A stretch of DNA of 64,000 nucleotides from an uncultured cyanobacterium (GCA_963744145.1 CAVUSO010000001.1:6016001-6080000), one strand, 5' to 3'; counted from the stretch's first letter, positions 33,053 to 44,427 are shown. Notes: generated by a model from the sequence alone, not told the origin. Numbers and translations are program-made.

Positions 33053-35374
33053 ATGTCAAATCAAAACCCATTAGATCAAGAAGCAATTAATCTTCATCAT
33101 CAAGGTAATTTTACCGCAGCTGAACAAAAATATCAGGAAATTCTCCAGCAAGAACCAAATAATGCAGAAATTTGGCATAATCTGGGAGTATTATACTATC
33201 AAAATGGACGCTATGCTGAAGCATTAAATATTTCCTCTAAATGCTTGAAGCTTGCTCCGGAAATAGCTCTGTATTATTATCAATTAGGATTAATCCTAGA
33301 AAAAATTGGTTCGGTTACAGTCGTAATTCGTGCTTATCAGCAAGCGATCGCACTTAATCCCCAGTTAATTGATGCTTATATTAACATGGGTAGAGTTTTT
33401 CTAGAAGCTGGTAATCTGTTTAAAGTAGAATGGATTTATCGTCAGCTAATCGCACAGAATATCCCAAGAGTTGAATTATATAAACGGATGGGAAAAATCT
33501 TGAGGGTACGTCATCAATTTAATGAAGCGATCGAGATGTATCAAAAAGCATTACAATTAACCCCCAATGACCCAAATCTCCACCATCAATTACAAGCTGT
33601 AGTTGAGCTGAAAACCAAAACTGAGCAACTTCGGATCTTAGGGAAACAAGGATTAGAACTATATCAGCAAAAACAATATCAAGAGACAATTAAGATCTAT
33701 CAAGAACTGCTTAATCTGCACCTAGATAGATTAAATACTGGAGAAATAAAAGAAATTTATCAAATCCTCTATCAGTGCTATCTAAATCTAAAAAAATATC
33801 AAGAAATTAGTGAAATTTGCCAAAAATTAACTAAACTATGTACTACTACCACGGAACTATATCAAGGATATTTTAGCTATATCGATGCTTTACATAAGTG
33901 TGGGAGGACAGAAGATGCGATCGCAATTGCTAAAGAAGCATTCCAATTACTCCCAAATTATCCTTATTTTCAACGTCAACAATACTTAATGTTACCGATC
34001 CTCTATGATCACCCAACCCAAATTGATTTTTATCGACAAAGATTTACCCAAGGATTAGATAAATTAATTCAGGAAATCAACCTTACCACTCCGGAAGCAA
34101 AAAAACAAGCTTTACTAGGAATAAATTTAGAAACCAACTTTTTTCTTGCTTATCAAGGAAAAAATGATTTAGATTTACAAACCCGGTATGGAGAATTTTG
34201 GAATAAAATTGTCGCTGCTAATTATCCAGAACTAACTAAACCAATCCCTCTCCCGACCATCGGAACAGATGAAAAAATTCGGGTTGGATATATCTCTATG
34301 TCTACTCACAGACATACGGTGGGAAGACTATTTTTAGGTTGGGTACATTATCATAATCGTCAAAAATTTGAAATTTCTTGCTATCACCTCAGTAAAACCT
34401 GCGATGATATTACCACTGCTTATCAACGCTGTGTAGATAAATTTTATCCTCTCCCCCATCCAGGTATAATCACTGAAGATTATATCATTAACGTTACTCA
34501 AAAAATTATTAGCGATCGGCTCCATATCTTAGTTTTTCTAGATGTGGGAATGCAACCATATATGAATATATTTTCCGGTTTTCGTCTAGCACCAATTCAA
34601 TGTGTAACTTGGGGACATCCCATTACATCAGGTAGTCCTACCATGGATTATTTTCTCTCCAGTGATTTAATGGAACCAGAGGATGGACAACAACACTATT
34701 CCGAAAAATTAATTCGTTTACCTAAAATCGGGATTTCCTATCCTCAACCAATAATTCCACCCCAAACTATGTTTCGTCGTGATTTCCAACTCCGAGAAGA
34801 TAGTGTAATTTATCTCAGTTGTCAATCACTGTTTAAATACTTACCTCAATATGACTGGGTTTTTGTCGAAATAGCTCGTCAAGTAACGCGATCGCAATTT
34901 GTTTTCTTAGCGCACGAACGTCCCCATATTACCCAACAATTTTATCAACGTCTCCAATCTACCTTCGCTCAATCTAACCTAGATATCAGAGAACATTGTG
35001 TAATTTTACCTCGACAAGAACTAGATGTTTATTTTAATCTAAACTTAGTCGCTGATGTTTTTCTTGATACCTTTAGTTGGTCAGGAGGAATGACCACCTT
35101 AGAAGCGATCGCTTGTCATCTCCCGATCGTCACTTGTCCAGGAGAATTTATGCGTAGTCGTCATGCTTATGGGATCTTAACATCCCTAGGAGTAACTGAA
35201 ACGATCGCTCACAATGAAGTCGAATATATCGAAATTGCTGTCAAATTAGCTTTAAATCCAGAATGGAGAAAAAATATTGTCCAACAAATGATTCAAAATC
35301 ATTCGTCTCTTTACGACGATCGAACCTGCATTACTGCACTAGAATCATTTTATCAGAGTGTAGTTACCAATTAA
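33053..35374 (+). CDS. TPR-containing GT41 O-GlcNAc-transferase/SPINDLY-like protein (paralog of 30662-32875)
   Basis: EAINLHHQGNFTAAEQKYQ start shared with the paralog, TPRs, KIRVGYIS...HTVGR, RLAPIQCVTWGHPITSG, QSLFKYLP, DVFLDTFSWSGGMTT. Confidence 0.88.
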   Translation: MSNQNPLDQEAINLHHQGNFTAAEQKYQEILQQEPNNAEIWHNLGVLYYQNGRYAEALNISSKCLKLAPEIALYYYQLGLILEKIGSVTVVIRAYQQAIALNPQLIDAYINMGRVFLEAGNLFKVEWIYRQLIAQNIPRVELYKRMGKILRVRHQFNEAIEMYQKALQLTPNDPNLHHQLQAVVELKTKTEQLRILGKQGLELYQQKQYQETIKIYQELLNLHLDRLNTGEIKEIYQILYQCYLNLKKYQEISEICQKLTKLCTTTTELYQGYFSYIDALHKCGRTEDAIAIAKEAFQLLPNYPYFQRQQYLMLPILYDHPTQIDFYRQRFTQGLDKLIQEINLTTPEAKKQALLGINLETNFFLAYQGKNDLDLQTRYGEFWNKIVAANYPELTKPIPLPTIGTDEKIRVGYISMSTHRHTVGRLFLGWVHYHNRQKFEISCYHLSKTCDDITTAYQRCVDKFYPLPHPGIITEDYIINVTQKIISDRLHILVFLDVGMQPYMNIFSGFRLAPIQCVTWGHPITSGSPTMDYFLSSDLMEPEDGQQHYSEKLIRLPKIGISYPQPIIPPQTMFRRDFQLREDSVIYLSCQSLFKYLPQYDWVFVEIARQVTRSQFVFLAHERPHITQQFYQRLQSTFAQSNLDIREHCVILPRQELDVYFNLNLVADVFLDTFSWSGGMTTLEAIACHLPIVTCPGEFMRSRHAYGILTSLGVTETIAHNEVEYIEIAVKLALNPEWRKNIVQQMIQNHSSLYDDRTCITALESFYQSVVTN

Positions 35375-35394
35375 TTTTTTCTTCCCTCCAACCT

Positions 35395-37215
35395 ATGCAA
35401 ACAGCACTAATTAGACAAATTATCGAAACTATTCTCCTCCAATATCAAAAAAACCCAGAAAATCAACCAATTATTATCATCATCCGTCACACTAGACAAA
35501 AACTGGCTGAATTTTGGCTCAATTTACCCACAGAACAATTACAGAATACCTATGAAAATGAATTGGGTAAAGCGCATAAAATGCTGTCTGATAGTCAGCT
35601 CAAATATGCACCATTGACTGAACAAGAACAAAATTTTCTACAAGAAATAATCAGTGAAATTAAATCAGGATTTCCCAAAGCAAAGATTATTCAATATCTC
35701 CTAGCTGTTTCCCTATATCGACGTGCTGATCACTTACCTTTCCCATATCAAAGTCTGCATATTCCAGCTTGGTTTTTTAATAATTACCTCCAATTTATGT
35801 TAGATTTACCTTTAGTTTTTCAGACCAAAGGTGAAGTAGAAAACTATTATCAATATCTCCAAGGTTTTGTTGATTATATTCATCAAAATATTTTTACTAA
35901 CCCAGATGATCAAGTTTGGAATTATGTCGCTTGGTTTTTCACTCAAACTACCCAATTTACCCCAATTCAATTTAGTAATAGTAACTTAAGAGATATTTAT
36001 ACTAAACGAGCTAATATTCAAGAATATGTGTTAAAATCTAGTGGTCATAAAATTGATTATACTTTTCCCAAACGTCCGGTAAATCGTAAAAAAATTCGGT
36101 TTGGTATTCTGAAAGTTGATTTTGAACCACACCCAGAAACTTTTATTACCTTTCCGATGTTTGAACATTTAGATCGCGATCAATTTGAAATTATTTTATA
36201 TGTGATCTATGTGACTGGACACCCCTTAGAAAAGTATGCTCTCAGTCGAGCAGATCGGTTAGTTAAATTACCTCGAGAACTACCCAACCGAGTTCAGACA
36301 ATCCGAAACGATGACTTAGATATTTTGATGATCGCGACTCTGGTTACCAATGCTACTAATAATATCTCTTTTCTAGCTCTCCATCGACTAGCACGTATCC
36401 AAATCACCTCCATTGCTTCTCCCGTAACTACAGGAATGCGTTATATCGACTATTATATTTCTGGTAAACTATCTGAACCACTGTCCGAAGCTCAACAACA
36501 CTATCGGGAAAAATTAATTACTCTAGATGGTACAGGATTTTGCTTTTCCTATATAGCAGATCCCCCTCCTACGATCACCTGCGATCGCCAAAAATTAGGA
36601 ATATCAGATCACACAATTGTCTTTATTTCTGCTGCTAATTTTTATAAAATTATTCCGGAAGTTAGAGAAACCTGGGCAAAAATTATTAGTCAAGTTCCTA
36701 ATTCTATGCTATTACTACTACCTTTTGGTTCTAGTTGGTGTCAAGGTGACATTAGCATGACTTTTCAGCAGACAATGCGCTTAGTTTTTGACCAATATCA
36801 TCTTCCTGATCATACCTTAAAAATCTTAAATACCCTACCCAGTCGTACTGATGTTAAAGAAATTTTAAAACTAGGAGATATTTATCTAAATTCTTATCCA
36901 TATACAGGAAGTACATCCTTAATTGATCCTTTAGAAGAAGGACTACCAACCGTGATCATGGATGGTAACTCCTTACGTTCTAAAATGGGTTCAGCTCTAC
37001 TTCGGGATTTACAAATACCCGAATTAATTACTGTAAATGAAACAGATTATATTCAGTTAAGTATAGCCCTAGCTACTCAACCAGACTTACGTCAAAAGTG
37101 CCGCGATCGGATTAAGGAAAAAATGTCAAACACTCCCAAATTTTTAGATAGTCAATCCTATAGTAATCAAATCGCGGTTCTATTAGCAAGTCTCTGCTCT
37201 ACTATGCCAGAATAA
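35395..37215 (+). CDS. GT41 glycosyltransferase without TPRs (paralog of 28805-30625), 606 aa
   Basis: ATG 35395 avoids overlap with the upstream gene. Motifs RQKLAEFWL, SPVTTGMRYIDYYISG, SAANFYKIIPEVRETW and DIYLNSYPYTGSTS. Confidence 0.85.
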   Translation: MQTALIRQIIETILLQYQKNPENQPIIIIIRHTRQKLAEFWLNLPTEQLQNTYENELGKAHKMLSDSQLKYAPLTEQEQNFLQEIISEIKSGFPKAKIIQYLLAVSLYRRADHLPFPYQSLHIPAWFFNNYLQFMLDLPLVFQTKGEVENYYQYLQGFVDYIHQNIFTNPDDQVWNYVAWFFTQTTQFTPIQFSNSNLRDIYTKRANIQEYVLKSSGHKIDYTFPKRPVNRKKIRFGILKVDFEPHPETFITFPMFEHLDRDQFEIILYVIYVTGHPLEKYALSRADRLVKLPRELPNRVQTIRNDDLDILMIATLVTNATNNISFLALHRLARIQITSIASPVTTGMRYIDYYISGKLSEPLSEAQQHYREKLITLDGTGFCFSYIADPPPTITCDRQKLGISDHTIVFISAANFYKIIPEVRETWAKIISQVPNSMLLLLPFGSSWCQGDISMTFQQTMRLVFDQYHLPDHTLKILNTLPSRTDVKEILKLGDIYLNSYPYTGSTSLIDPLEEGLPTVIMDGNSLRSKMGSALLRDLQIPELITVNETDYIQLSIALATQPDLRQKCRDRIKEKMSNTPKFLDSQSYSNQIAVLLASLCSTMPE

Positions 37216-37221
37216 CCAAAT

Positions 37222-39465
37222 TTATCGTTTCGGAATTGGTGGAGAAGAAGTATCTGGAGTAAGTAACTGTTTCCAAGCTTTAATTTGGCCGATCGCTGTA
37301 ATATAAGCAGAGGTATTAGCTGGAATTTGTTCGGCGATCGAGATTGCACCAGAAACATCCGCAGTCGAGCGTTGCTGTGCCTGTGCTAACATTAGTTGGC
37401 TCCAGTCATTCATAGCAGATTCTACTTGAGAACGGATCGGACTTGAACTGCTAATCCCATCAGCTTTGCGAATTGCTGCGGATAGAGATTCAGGAGTTCC
37501 TTGAGCTGCTAAACGACGGGCTTCATCAAAAGTTTGCTGTGATTGAATTTGCGATCGCCAACTATTGATATCTGTTTGGGATTGATCAGAAATTGGTTGA
37601 ACTGGGGGTACTTGTTCATTATGATTAACCACCTCTGCTAAATTATTTTGATTAGTCGCAGGTCGAACTTGATCTGGGGAGGGACTATTTTGTACCTGTT
37701 GTAACTGTTGTAACTGACCCTTCCATCCTTGAATTTTTTCCTGAGCTTCCTGATACAGAGCGCGTCCAGGACGAATTTGATTAGCTTCATCGATCGCTGC
37801 TACCAAAGAAGAAGCATCATGAAAACTCGCTAATTGATCAGCTCGATCTAAACTTGGTCGATCTTCCTGAAGTTCAATTTTTTGTCTCCAAGTCTGAATT
37901 TTCCCCTGAGCTTCCTGATACAGAGCGCGACCTGCTCGAATTTGATTAGCTTCTTCAATTGCTGCAGATAGAGCTGCAATATCACCAAAATTCGCTAACT
38001 GCTCTGCTCGATCTAAATTGGGACGATCCTGGATGGTTTCAATTTGCTGATTCCAATTGCTAATTTCCCGATCGCGATCTTTAGCTTTGGGAGTATTATC
38101 CGATACCATTTGCGCTCTAGTAATCGCTGCGGTTAAATCATTGAGCGTTCCCTTTTGAGCAAAGAGACGAGCTTGATCTAAATTCCCCACATCGGCAATT
38201 TCCCTTCTCCACTGAGCAATTAATGTTTGTGCTTTGTCATATAGAGGTCGTTTCGCGTCAACTTTTTGAGCTTGGGTAATCGCATTTTCCAAACTAAACA
38301 CCGTCCCCAAGGAAGCTACTGATTCAGCTCTGGCTAACTCACTAAAGTCCTCCGATTCTTCCTTTAATTTAGCACTAGCAGGAATTTGTCTAGCGATCGC
38401 CATAGCTTCTTGCCAATCATTTTTATCTAAAGCTGCTTGAGCTAAATCCAACAACTGACGACCAAATTCTTTAATTTGTTTTTGAGCTGCTGCATGGGTT
38501 TTACTTTTTGGATCAATTTGTTCGGCAATTTTGATCGCTTCTAAAATATTTTTCACCCCACCCCGTTCAGCGATCGCCCGAGCTTTATCTAAATTACTCC
38601 CATCCGCTCTAGCTGCTTCAATCTGCTGACTCAGTTCCTTGTATTTAGTTTTCGCCCAATATTCATTTCCCGAATCAAGCAGACGAACTGCGATTCTAAA
38701 TGCTTCAGTCCAATCTCCCTGCTCGATCGAATTTTGACTTTCTTGATAATTTTTTTCAGCTTTTGACCAAATTAAATCCCAATTTTTCACCCGGTCTTGG
38801 ATCAATTCCAAGAGATGATTTTTTCCATCTTGATCAGAGATATCCGTGGGAATTTGGTGAGCAATTTTGATCGCTTCCTCTAATTTTCCTCTTTGAAACT
38901 CATGATCCGCTAGTTCTAACAGATCCTGAGACCATTGTTTAATCTCAGCATTAATTGATGAACGTAACGGGTGATCAGGTGCAACTTCATTTACCAAGGC
39001 GATCGCTTCTAACAGATCATTTGCTGTCTGTTTATTGGCCGCAACTTGGGCACAATAAAGACGTAAAGAGGCCGAAGCTGTGGGCCAGAAAATCCCTGGA
39101 CAGTTTGGTAATGCTGGTAATTTTAACAATAGCGCCGTTGCGGTCACTCCCATTCCCGTTGGAATCAGTAACATCAGGCTCCACCAAAACAACTGCATTG
39201 GCCAACCCCAGCGACCACCTTGTTTCCGTCCGCGTTCGACCTCATCTTTTCTGGTTTTATCTGCTGGTTCTCCTAGCAGACGAGTATTCCGATGTGCGCC
39301 CAAACCCAAATACCATTTAGCTAAATTAGCTTGAGCAATTTTCGGACTTGGTCCAGATGAATCTACCGGAAATTTCTTAATCTCTCCCGGTTTGGCCGAA
39401 CTTGGATCGGGCCACGACTCTGCCATCTCTTGATTTCTGGTCATTCCCCACCCCACAAAAGTCAC
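37222..39465 (-). CDS. Cyanobacterial membrane-anchored helical-repeat protein (often mis-annotated 'chromosome segregation ATPase')
   Basis: One TM, then LPALPNCPGIFWPTASASLRLYCAQ and ~51-aa repeats (DRP.LDRA.QLA...AAI.EANQIR.GRALYQEAQ.KIQ.W). No Walker A motif seen. Confidence 0.7.
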   Translation of the reverse strand: MTFVGWGMTRNQEMAESWPDPSSAKPGEIKKFPVDSSGPSPKIAQANLAKWYLGLGAHRNTRLLGEPADKTRKDEVERGRKQGGRWGWPMQLFWWSLMLLIPTGMGVTATALLLKLPALPNCPGIFWPTASASLRLYCAQVAANKQTANDLLEAIALVNEVAPDHPLRSSINAEIKQWSQDLLELADHEFQRGKLEEAIKIAHQIPTDISDQDGKNHLLELIQDRVKNWDLIWSKAEKNYQESQNSIEQGDWTEAFRIAVRLLDSGNEYWAKTKYKELSQQIEAARADGSNLDKARAIAERGGVKNILEAIKIAEQIDPKSKTHAAAQKQIKEFGRQLLDLAQAALDKNDWQEAMAIARQIPASAKLKEESEDFSELARAESVASLGTVFSLENAITQAQKVDAKRPLYDKAQTLIAQWRREIADVGNLDQARLFAQKGTLNDLTAAITRAQMVSDNTPKAKDRDREISNWNQQIETIQDRPNLDRAEQLANFGDIAALSAAIEEANQIRAGRALYQEAQGKIQTWRQKIELQEDRPSLDRADQLASFHDASSLVAAIDEANQIRPGRALYQEAQEKIQGWKGQLQQLQQVQNSPSPDQVRPATNQNNLAEVVNHNEQVPPVQPISDQSQTDINSWRSQIQSQQTFDEARRLAAQGTPESLSAAIRKADGISSSSPIRSQVESAMNDWSQLMLAQAQQRSTADVSGAISIAEQIPANTSAYITAIGQIKAWKQLLTPDTSSPPIPKR

Positions 39466-39633
39466 ACCTTTATTTCGGCTGCTTTCTCGGTCTGCCTATT
39501 GGCTGTTGACACAGCTATGGTTTGACAATACCCTTAAATAATGCAGTTCTTGTTATCGTATCTTTCAAATTCAAAAAATCCAAATCCGGAGTTTAAAGTT
39601 TTGGTAAATTAGACAAGAAAGCCAAAATAAATA

Positions 39634-39697
39634 GGACAGGCAAGATGCCTGTCCCACCAGAATAAATAACTTTTGTGGGACAGGCATCTTGCCTGTC
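39634..39697. repeat. Inverted pair of palindromic REP-like units GGACAGGCAAGATGCCTGTCCCAC
   Basis: Copy at 39634-39657 and its reverse complement at 39675-39697, directly downstream of hslO. A degenerate copy lies at 14363-14386. Confidence 0.8.
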
Positions 39698-39710
39698 AAG
39701 CCTATTTTTG

Positions 39711-40607
39711 CTAAGATTCCGCTCGCAAACAGCCAATTAACTCAGCTAAATCGTTGCTAGTGGCTTGATATACTTCACCACAAAAATCGCAAGTGGCCTT
39801 AGCACCATCATCTTTTTCAATCATATCCTGTAATTCTGCTTCCCCTAACATTTTTAATGCTCCTAAAAACCGATCTCCATTACAACCACAATGAAAACGC
39901 ACTAACTGATTTTCGGGCAGAATTTCTAACCCCATATCTCCTAGCAATAGGTTAAAAATTTCTGGTAGGGTTTTGCCCGATTGCAGCAAAGGCGTAAAAC
40001 CAGCTAATCCAGCGACACGGGATTCTAAGGTTTGGACTAATGCTTCGTCGTGAGCAGCTTTTGGCATGACTTGCAATAGCAATCCTCCTGATGCTTTGAC
40101 ACCATCAGGTTCCACAAATACTCCTAACATCACAGCAGAAGGTGTTTGTTCAGAATTAACCAGAAAATGGGCAATATCTTCGCCAATTTCGCCCGAGACG
40201 ATGTTAACTGTACTTGAGTATGGATAACCATACCCCACATCGCGGACTACATAAAGATAACCATTTTGACCAACTGCCCGACCTACATCTAGTTTACCGT
40301 TGGGTTTGGGTGGTAGTTCCACCTTGGGATGATCGACATAGCCCCTGACAGTTCCATCTAAACCGGCATCAACCAGAATTCCTCCCATCGGTCCATCCCC
40401 TTTGATCCGAATATTCACTCTCGATCCGGTTCGTTTCATACTAGAAGCTAGTAATAATCCCGCAGTCATAGTCCGCCCTAGGGCTGCACTAGCCACGTAT
40501 GAGAGTTGATGACGCCGTCTTGCTTCCTCGGTCAGGCGGGTAGTAATAATGCCAACGGTGCGAATTCCACCATCAGCCGCAGTGGCGCGAATGAGCTGGT
40601 CTGCCAT
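39711..40607 (-). CDS. hslO: Hsp33 redox-regulated chaperone
   Basis: MADQLIRATAADGGIR, SGEIGED, SEQTPS and zinc centre CGC...CDFC. Confidence 0.95.
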   Translation of the reverse strand: MADQLIRATAADGGIRTVGIITTRLTEEARRRHQLSYVASAALGRTMTAGLLLASSMKRTGSRVNIRIKGDGPMGGILVDAGLDGTVRGYVDHPKVELPPKPNGKLDVGRAVGQNGYLYVVRDVGYGYPYSSTVNIVSGEIGEDIAHFLVNSEQTPSAVMLGVFVEPDGVKASGGLLLQVMPKAAHDEALVQTLESRVAGLAGFTPLLQSGKTLPEIFNLLLGDMGLEILPENQLVRFHCGCNGDRFLGALKMLGEAELQDMIEKDDGAKATCDFCGEVYQATSNDLAELIGCLRAES

Positions 40608-40730
40608 GAAAAAACCTGCTTTTTTTGATCTATTTTAATTGACACTCCGAATCAGTAATTAGGCAGACCTAGAATTAGTTACGATCTGCCATACTAGAGA
40701 AAATTAGCCCAGGCGATCGCTGTTTTAACT

Positions 40731-41117
40731 ATGTTTGGAAATTTTCAACAAAGTCATCTCCGGATCGAAGTCAATGCTCGAGCAGTCGATCTGAAAAATA
40801 GTCTTGTCCGTCCTGCTCAACTGCAAAAATGGCTGTGGCCACAACGCTTTTCCCCTGGTTTGCCTGAAGAATTCTCCCCAGGATTAACTTTTACCAGTTG
40901 GATTGGTCCGATCGCGATCGCCCATCACGTCGATGTGGTGAATGCTAATAGTTTACGACTGTTATTAAGTCAGGGTATTGATGGGTTTCACGAATGGTAT
41001 TGGGGCGATGGTTGGGTCCAGTCCCGACTCGAAGGAATTTCTGTACTTCCACTTAATTTAGGTCAGACTGTAAGTTTGTTTAATTTACGGCAATTTCTAG
41101 CCGGACCAAGTTCTTGA
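40731..41117 (+). CDS. Conserved cyanobacterial hypothetical protein (possibly SRPBCC-like)
   Basis: A clean 128-aa ORF divergent from hslO, containing LLSQGIDGFHEWYWGDGWVQSRLEGIS. Confidence 0.7.
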   Translation: MFGNFQQSHLRIEVNARAVDLKNSLVRPAQLQKWLWPQRFSPGLPEEFSPGLTFTSWIGPIAIAHHVDVVNANSLRLLLSQGIDGFHEWYWGDGWVQSRLEGISVLPLNLGQTVSLFNLRQFLAGPSS

Positions 41118-41121
41118 TTAA

Positions 41122-41547
41122 CTATTTTGGCTTGACTACTAATACCGAACAAGGCGCATCTGTCACTACTTGACTACTTACTGACCCTTGCAAGATCCGG
41201 GTTAAACCTGTTAATCCTCTGCTACCCATCACAATTAAATCGACGTGATAGATGTTAGCTAATCGGATGATTTCTTCGGCTGGATCGCCACTAACTATTT
41301 CTAAGGTACTGGGACAAGGTAATTGGGCTTGATAAGCTTCTAATTGTTTTTCGATGTGCCGATAGGGAATTTCTTCGGCATAATTCTGAGGTCGATCTAC
41401 AGCTAGGTGTGCTTCATCTCCGATCGCATTAATCACATGGGAAAGAATTATTTTTGTTTCCACCTGGACCCGCAAATCTATCAGAGTATTCATCACTTCT
41501 TCTGCTAGTTCCGAGCCATCGATCGCCACCAAAATTGTTTTGAACAC
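41122..41547 (-). CDS. Universal stress protein (UspA family)
   Basis: FKTILVAIDGS and DLIVMGSRG...GSVS..V...APCSVLVVK. Confidence 0.93.
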   Translation of the reverse strand: MFKTILVAIDGSELAEEVMNTLIDLRVQVETKIILSHVINAIGDEAHLAVDRPQNYAEEIPYRHIEKQLEAYQAQLPCPSTLEIVSGDPAEEIIRLANIYHVDLIVMGSRGLTGLTRILQGSVSSQVVTDAPCSVLVVKPK

Positions 41548-41599
41548 TATTAAATTCTCCTCATTTCTACCTGGGAGTTACCAATTTCTAATTGCCCTC

Positions 41600-42918
41600 T
41601 CAAAATTTCCCCCCTCCATCTGTTTCTAGTTGGGTTCGTAGTCGGACTGATGCAGCATGGGAAGGAAGTCCCTCAGCTTGGGCTAAAATCTCGATCGCAT
41701 GGGCGACTTTTTGCAGGGCTGTGGGGGAATATTGGATTAAGCTCGAGTGTTTCATAAAGGTTTCTACTCCTAGAGCCGAAGCATAACGAGCTGTTCCCGA
41801 TGTGGGCAAGGTATGGTTTGGTCCAGCAATATAGTCTCCGACCGCTTCTGGGGTGGAGTACCCGAAAAATATTGCCCCAGCATGACGAATCTGTTCTAGC
41901 AAAGCCCAAGGATCGGCTACTTCTAGCTCTAAATGTTCTGGAGCAAATCCATTAGACAACTCTGTCGCTGTTGCTAGCGAATCCACTACTACTATTAATC
42001 CATAATGGGCGATCGCTTTTTCTGTTAAGGTCCGACGTGGATGATCAACTAACTGGGTTTCGATCTCTGCTACTACCTTCAGAGCGATCGAGTTATCCGT
42101 TGTCAGTAAAATTGCTGCTGCCATCGGATCATGTTCAGCTTGGGCTAACAAATCCGCAGCTAAATATACAGGACTAGCGTTGCTATCGGCAATTATTAAT
42201 ACTTCTGACGGACCAGCTAAGGAATCTATATTTACTGTCCCATAAACGAGTTTTTTAGCCAGGGTCACGTAAATATTCCCCGGACCTGTAATCACATCGA
42301 CTTTGGGGATAGTCTCGGTTCCATAGGCTAACGCACCGATCGCCTCAGCCCCCCTACCCGATAGATTTCCTGGATGCCGGCTTCCTGGGCCGCTACTAAT
42401 ACGGCTGGATTAATCGTTTTTCCTGGTCCCGGTGGTGTGACAATGACCACTCTCGGCACCCCAGCTACTTGAGCTGGGATTGCATTCATCAATACTGTGC
42501 TGGGATAAGCTGCTCTACCTCCAGGTATATACAGCCCTGCTCGCTCTACGGGTGTATAGCGTTTTCCCAATACGATTTCATCTTCTCCAAATTGCACCCA
42601 GTTTTTGGGCACTCTTTGGCGATGAAATGCTTCGATGTTTTTTCGGGCTAGCTGGATCGCGTCTAATAAATCTTTGGACACCTGTTGATAGGCTGCATCT
42701 AATTCTGACCCACTGACCCGCAATTCATTGACACTTAAATCTTGCTGGTCAAATTCAGATGTATAATGCAATATCGCCCGGTCGCCTTGACGTTTCACTG
42801 CCTGAAGCACTTCTCGAACAGTTGCTTCTTTGTGAACAACATAGTCGTCATGGGTGCGATCGCAGATTCGACGCAATTCTATTTCTGCTTCAGCCCGCTG
42901 AGTAATTATTCGCAGCAT
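41600..42918 (-). CDS. hisD: Histidinol dehydrogenase, with an apparent -1 frameshift in the C6 run at 42349-42354
   Basis: [22 protein letters not shown], then [26 protein letters not shown] and [13 protein letters not shown]. One extra G on the minus strand restores [15 protein letters not shown] and a 439-aa protein. Confidence 0.93.
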
Positions 42919-43267
42919 GGAGTCGGAATGCCAATTTTAGGAATGTGTCCCGTCAAATAGCCTATATGCTAATCTATTTATTAGGTAATTGGGTATGGAT
43001 TTTTGCTATTCGCTGGCGAGACTATAGTTGTAATTATTCTAGCCTCCCATTGATTATGGTAATCTCAATTTAGATTTCTGGCTTGAGCATTTCCACTGCA
43101 ATTATGGCCGATCCCGATCACTGTCCTACGTTAAGCATATTGACTTTGATCTTTTTTATAGCTTAACTTGAATTTCTGTTGACTAGCACGATTTCATCGA
43201 AATAAGTGTTATGATACTTCATCTGGTTATTTATTAACGTTGTTCTTTAGCAGCACCCTGATTAACT

Positions 43268-43585
43268 GTGGCCAATATTAAATCCGCGATTAAACGCGTC
43301 CAAATTGCTGAACGCAACCGTTTGCGTAACAAATCTTACAAATCTGCTGTCAAAACTCTCATGAAAAAATATTTGACAGCCCTCGCTACTTATGCAGCTA
43401 ATCCTAGCCCAGAAGCACTCTCTACCGTGAATACCCAAATGGCTGAGGCTTACCGCAAAATCGATAAAGCTGTCAAATCTGGGGTTCTCCATAGCAATAA
43501 TGGCGCTCGGAAAAAATCCCGTTTGGCTAAGGCTCTCAACCGGGTCATATCTGGCCCATCGACACCAGCAGAAATAGCTTCCTAA
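43268..43585 (+). CDS. rpsT: 30S ribosomal protein S20
   Basis: [26 protein letters not shown]...[22 protein letters not shown]. Confidence 0.98.
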   Translation: MANIKSAIKRVQIAERNRLRNKSYKSAVKTLMKKYLTALATYAANPSPEALSTVNTQMAEAYRKIDKAVKSGVLHSNNGARKKSRLAKALNRVISGPSTPAEIAS

Positions 43586-43629
43586 CAGCTAATTCCAGTG
43601 TTACCAGCTCAAATTATCGATAACCATCC

Positions 43630-44427
43630 ATGCAGTTGATTGACACCCACGTCCATATCAACTTTAAAGTGTTTGAAGCCGAGCTAGCAGCAGTGCGATC
43701 GCGTTGGCAAGCAGCAGGAGTTGTCCATCTGGTGCATTCCTGCGTCGAGCCAGGGGATTTTGTCAGTATGCAAAATTTAGCTGACCAATTCCCAGAGCTA
43801 TCCTTAGCAGTGGGGTTACATCCCCTGGATGCCCACAAATGGACAGATGATTTGGCGGACCAAATCCTCACTCTAGCTAACTCAGATCAGCGTGTGGTCG
43901 CGATCGGAGAAACCGGGTTAGACTTTTATAAAGCTGATAATCCAGAGCTACAAAGCCGGGTATTTACAGCTCAGTTAGCGATCGCCAGTCAGCTCAACAA
44001 ACCAGTAATTATCCATTGTCGTGATGCTGCCGCACCAATGGCTGCCTTAATCACGCAATGGAGTCAGGAACATGGAGCCATCACTGGGGTAATGCACTGT
44101 TGGGGAGGTACGCCAGCTGAAACTCAATGGTTTTTAGATTTGGGATTTTATATTAGTTTCAGTGGCACAGTCACGTTTAAAAACGCCGACCAAATTCGAG
44201 CCTCAGCCGCTATAGTGCCCACTGAGCGACTGCTAATTGAAACCGATTGCCCTTTCTTAGCGCCTACCCCCAAACGTGGTCAGCGCAACGAGCCGGCTTA
44301 TGTTAGTTATGTGGCTGAACAACTAGCTAAGGTCCGTGGAGTTTCCCTTTCCTCCCTAGCAGCCCAAACCACAGAAAATGCTTGCCGACTATTTCAGATT
44401 TCGGTTCCCACCGGATCGGTAAACTAA
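43630..44427 (+). CDS. tatD: TatD-family hydrolase
   Basis: [42 protein letters not shown]. Confidence 0.95.
   Translation: MQLIDTHVHINFKVFEAELAAVRSRWQAAGVVHLVHSCVEPGDFVSMQNLADQFPELSLAVGLHPLDAHKWTDDLADQILTLANSDQRVVAIGETGLDFYKADNPELQSRVFTAQLAIASQLNKPVIIHCRDAAAPMAALITQWSQEHGAITGVMHCWGGTPAETQWFLDLGFYISFSGTVTFKNADQIRASAAIVPTERLLIETDCPFLAPTPKRGQRNEPAYVSYVAEQLAKVRGVSLSSLAAQTTENACRLFQISVPTGSVN

Noticed and set aside
35263..35394. N-terminal 44-aa extension of the fourth GT41 gene
   Set aside because: It overlaps the upstream gene by 112 bp. Starting at ATG 35395 gives the same 606-aa length as its paralog.
37222..39465. SMC/chromosome segregation ATPase
   Set aside because: No Walker A/B motifs are present. 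It is a membrane-anchored helical-repeat protein.
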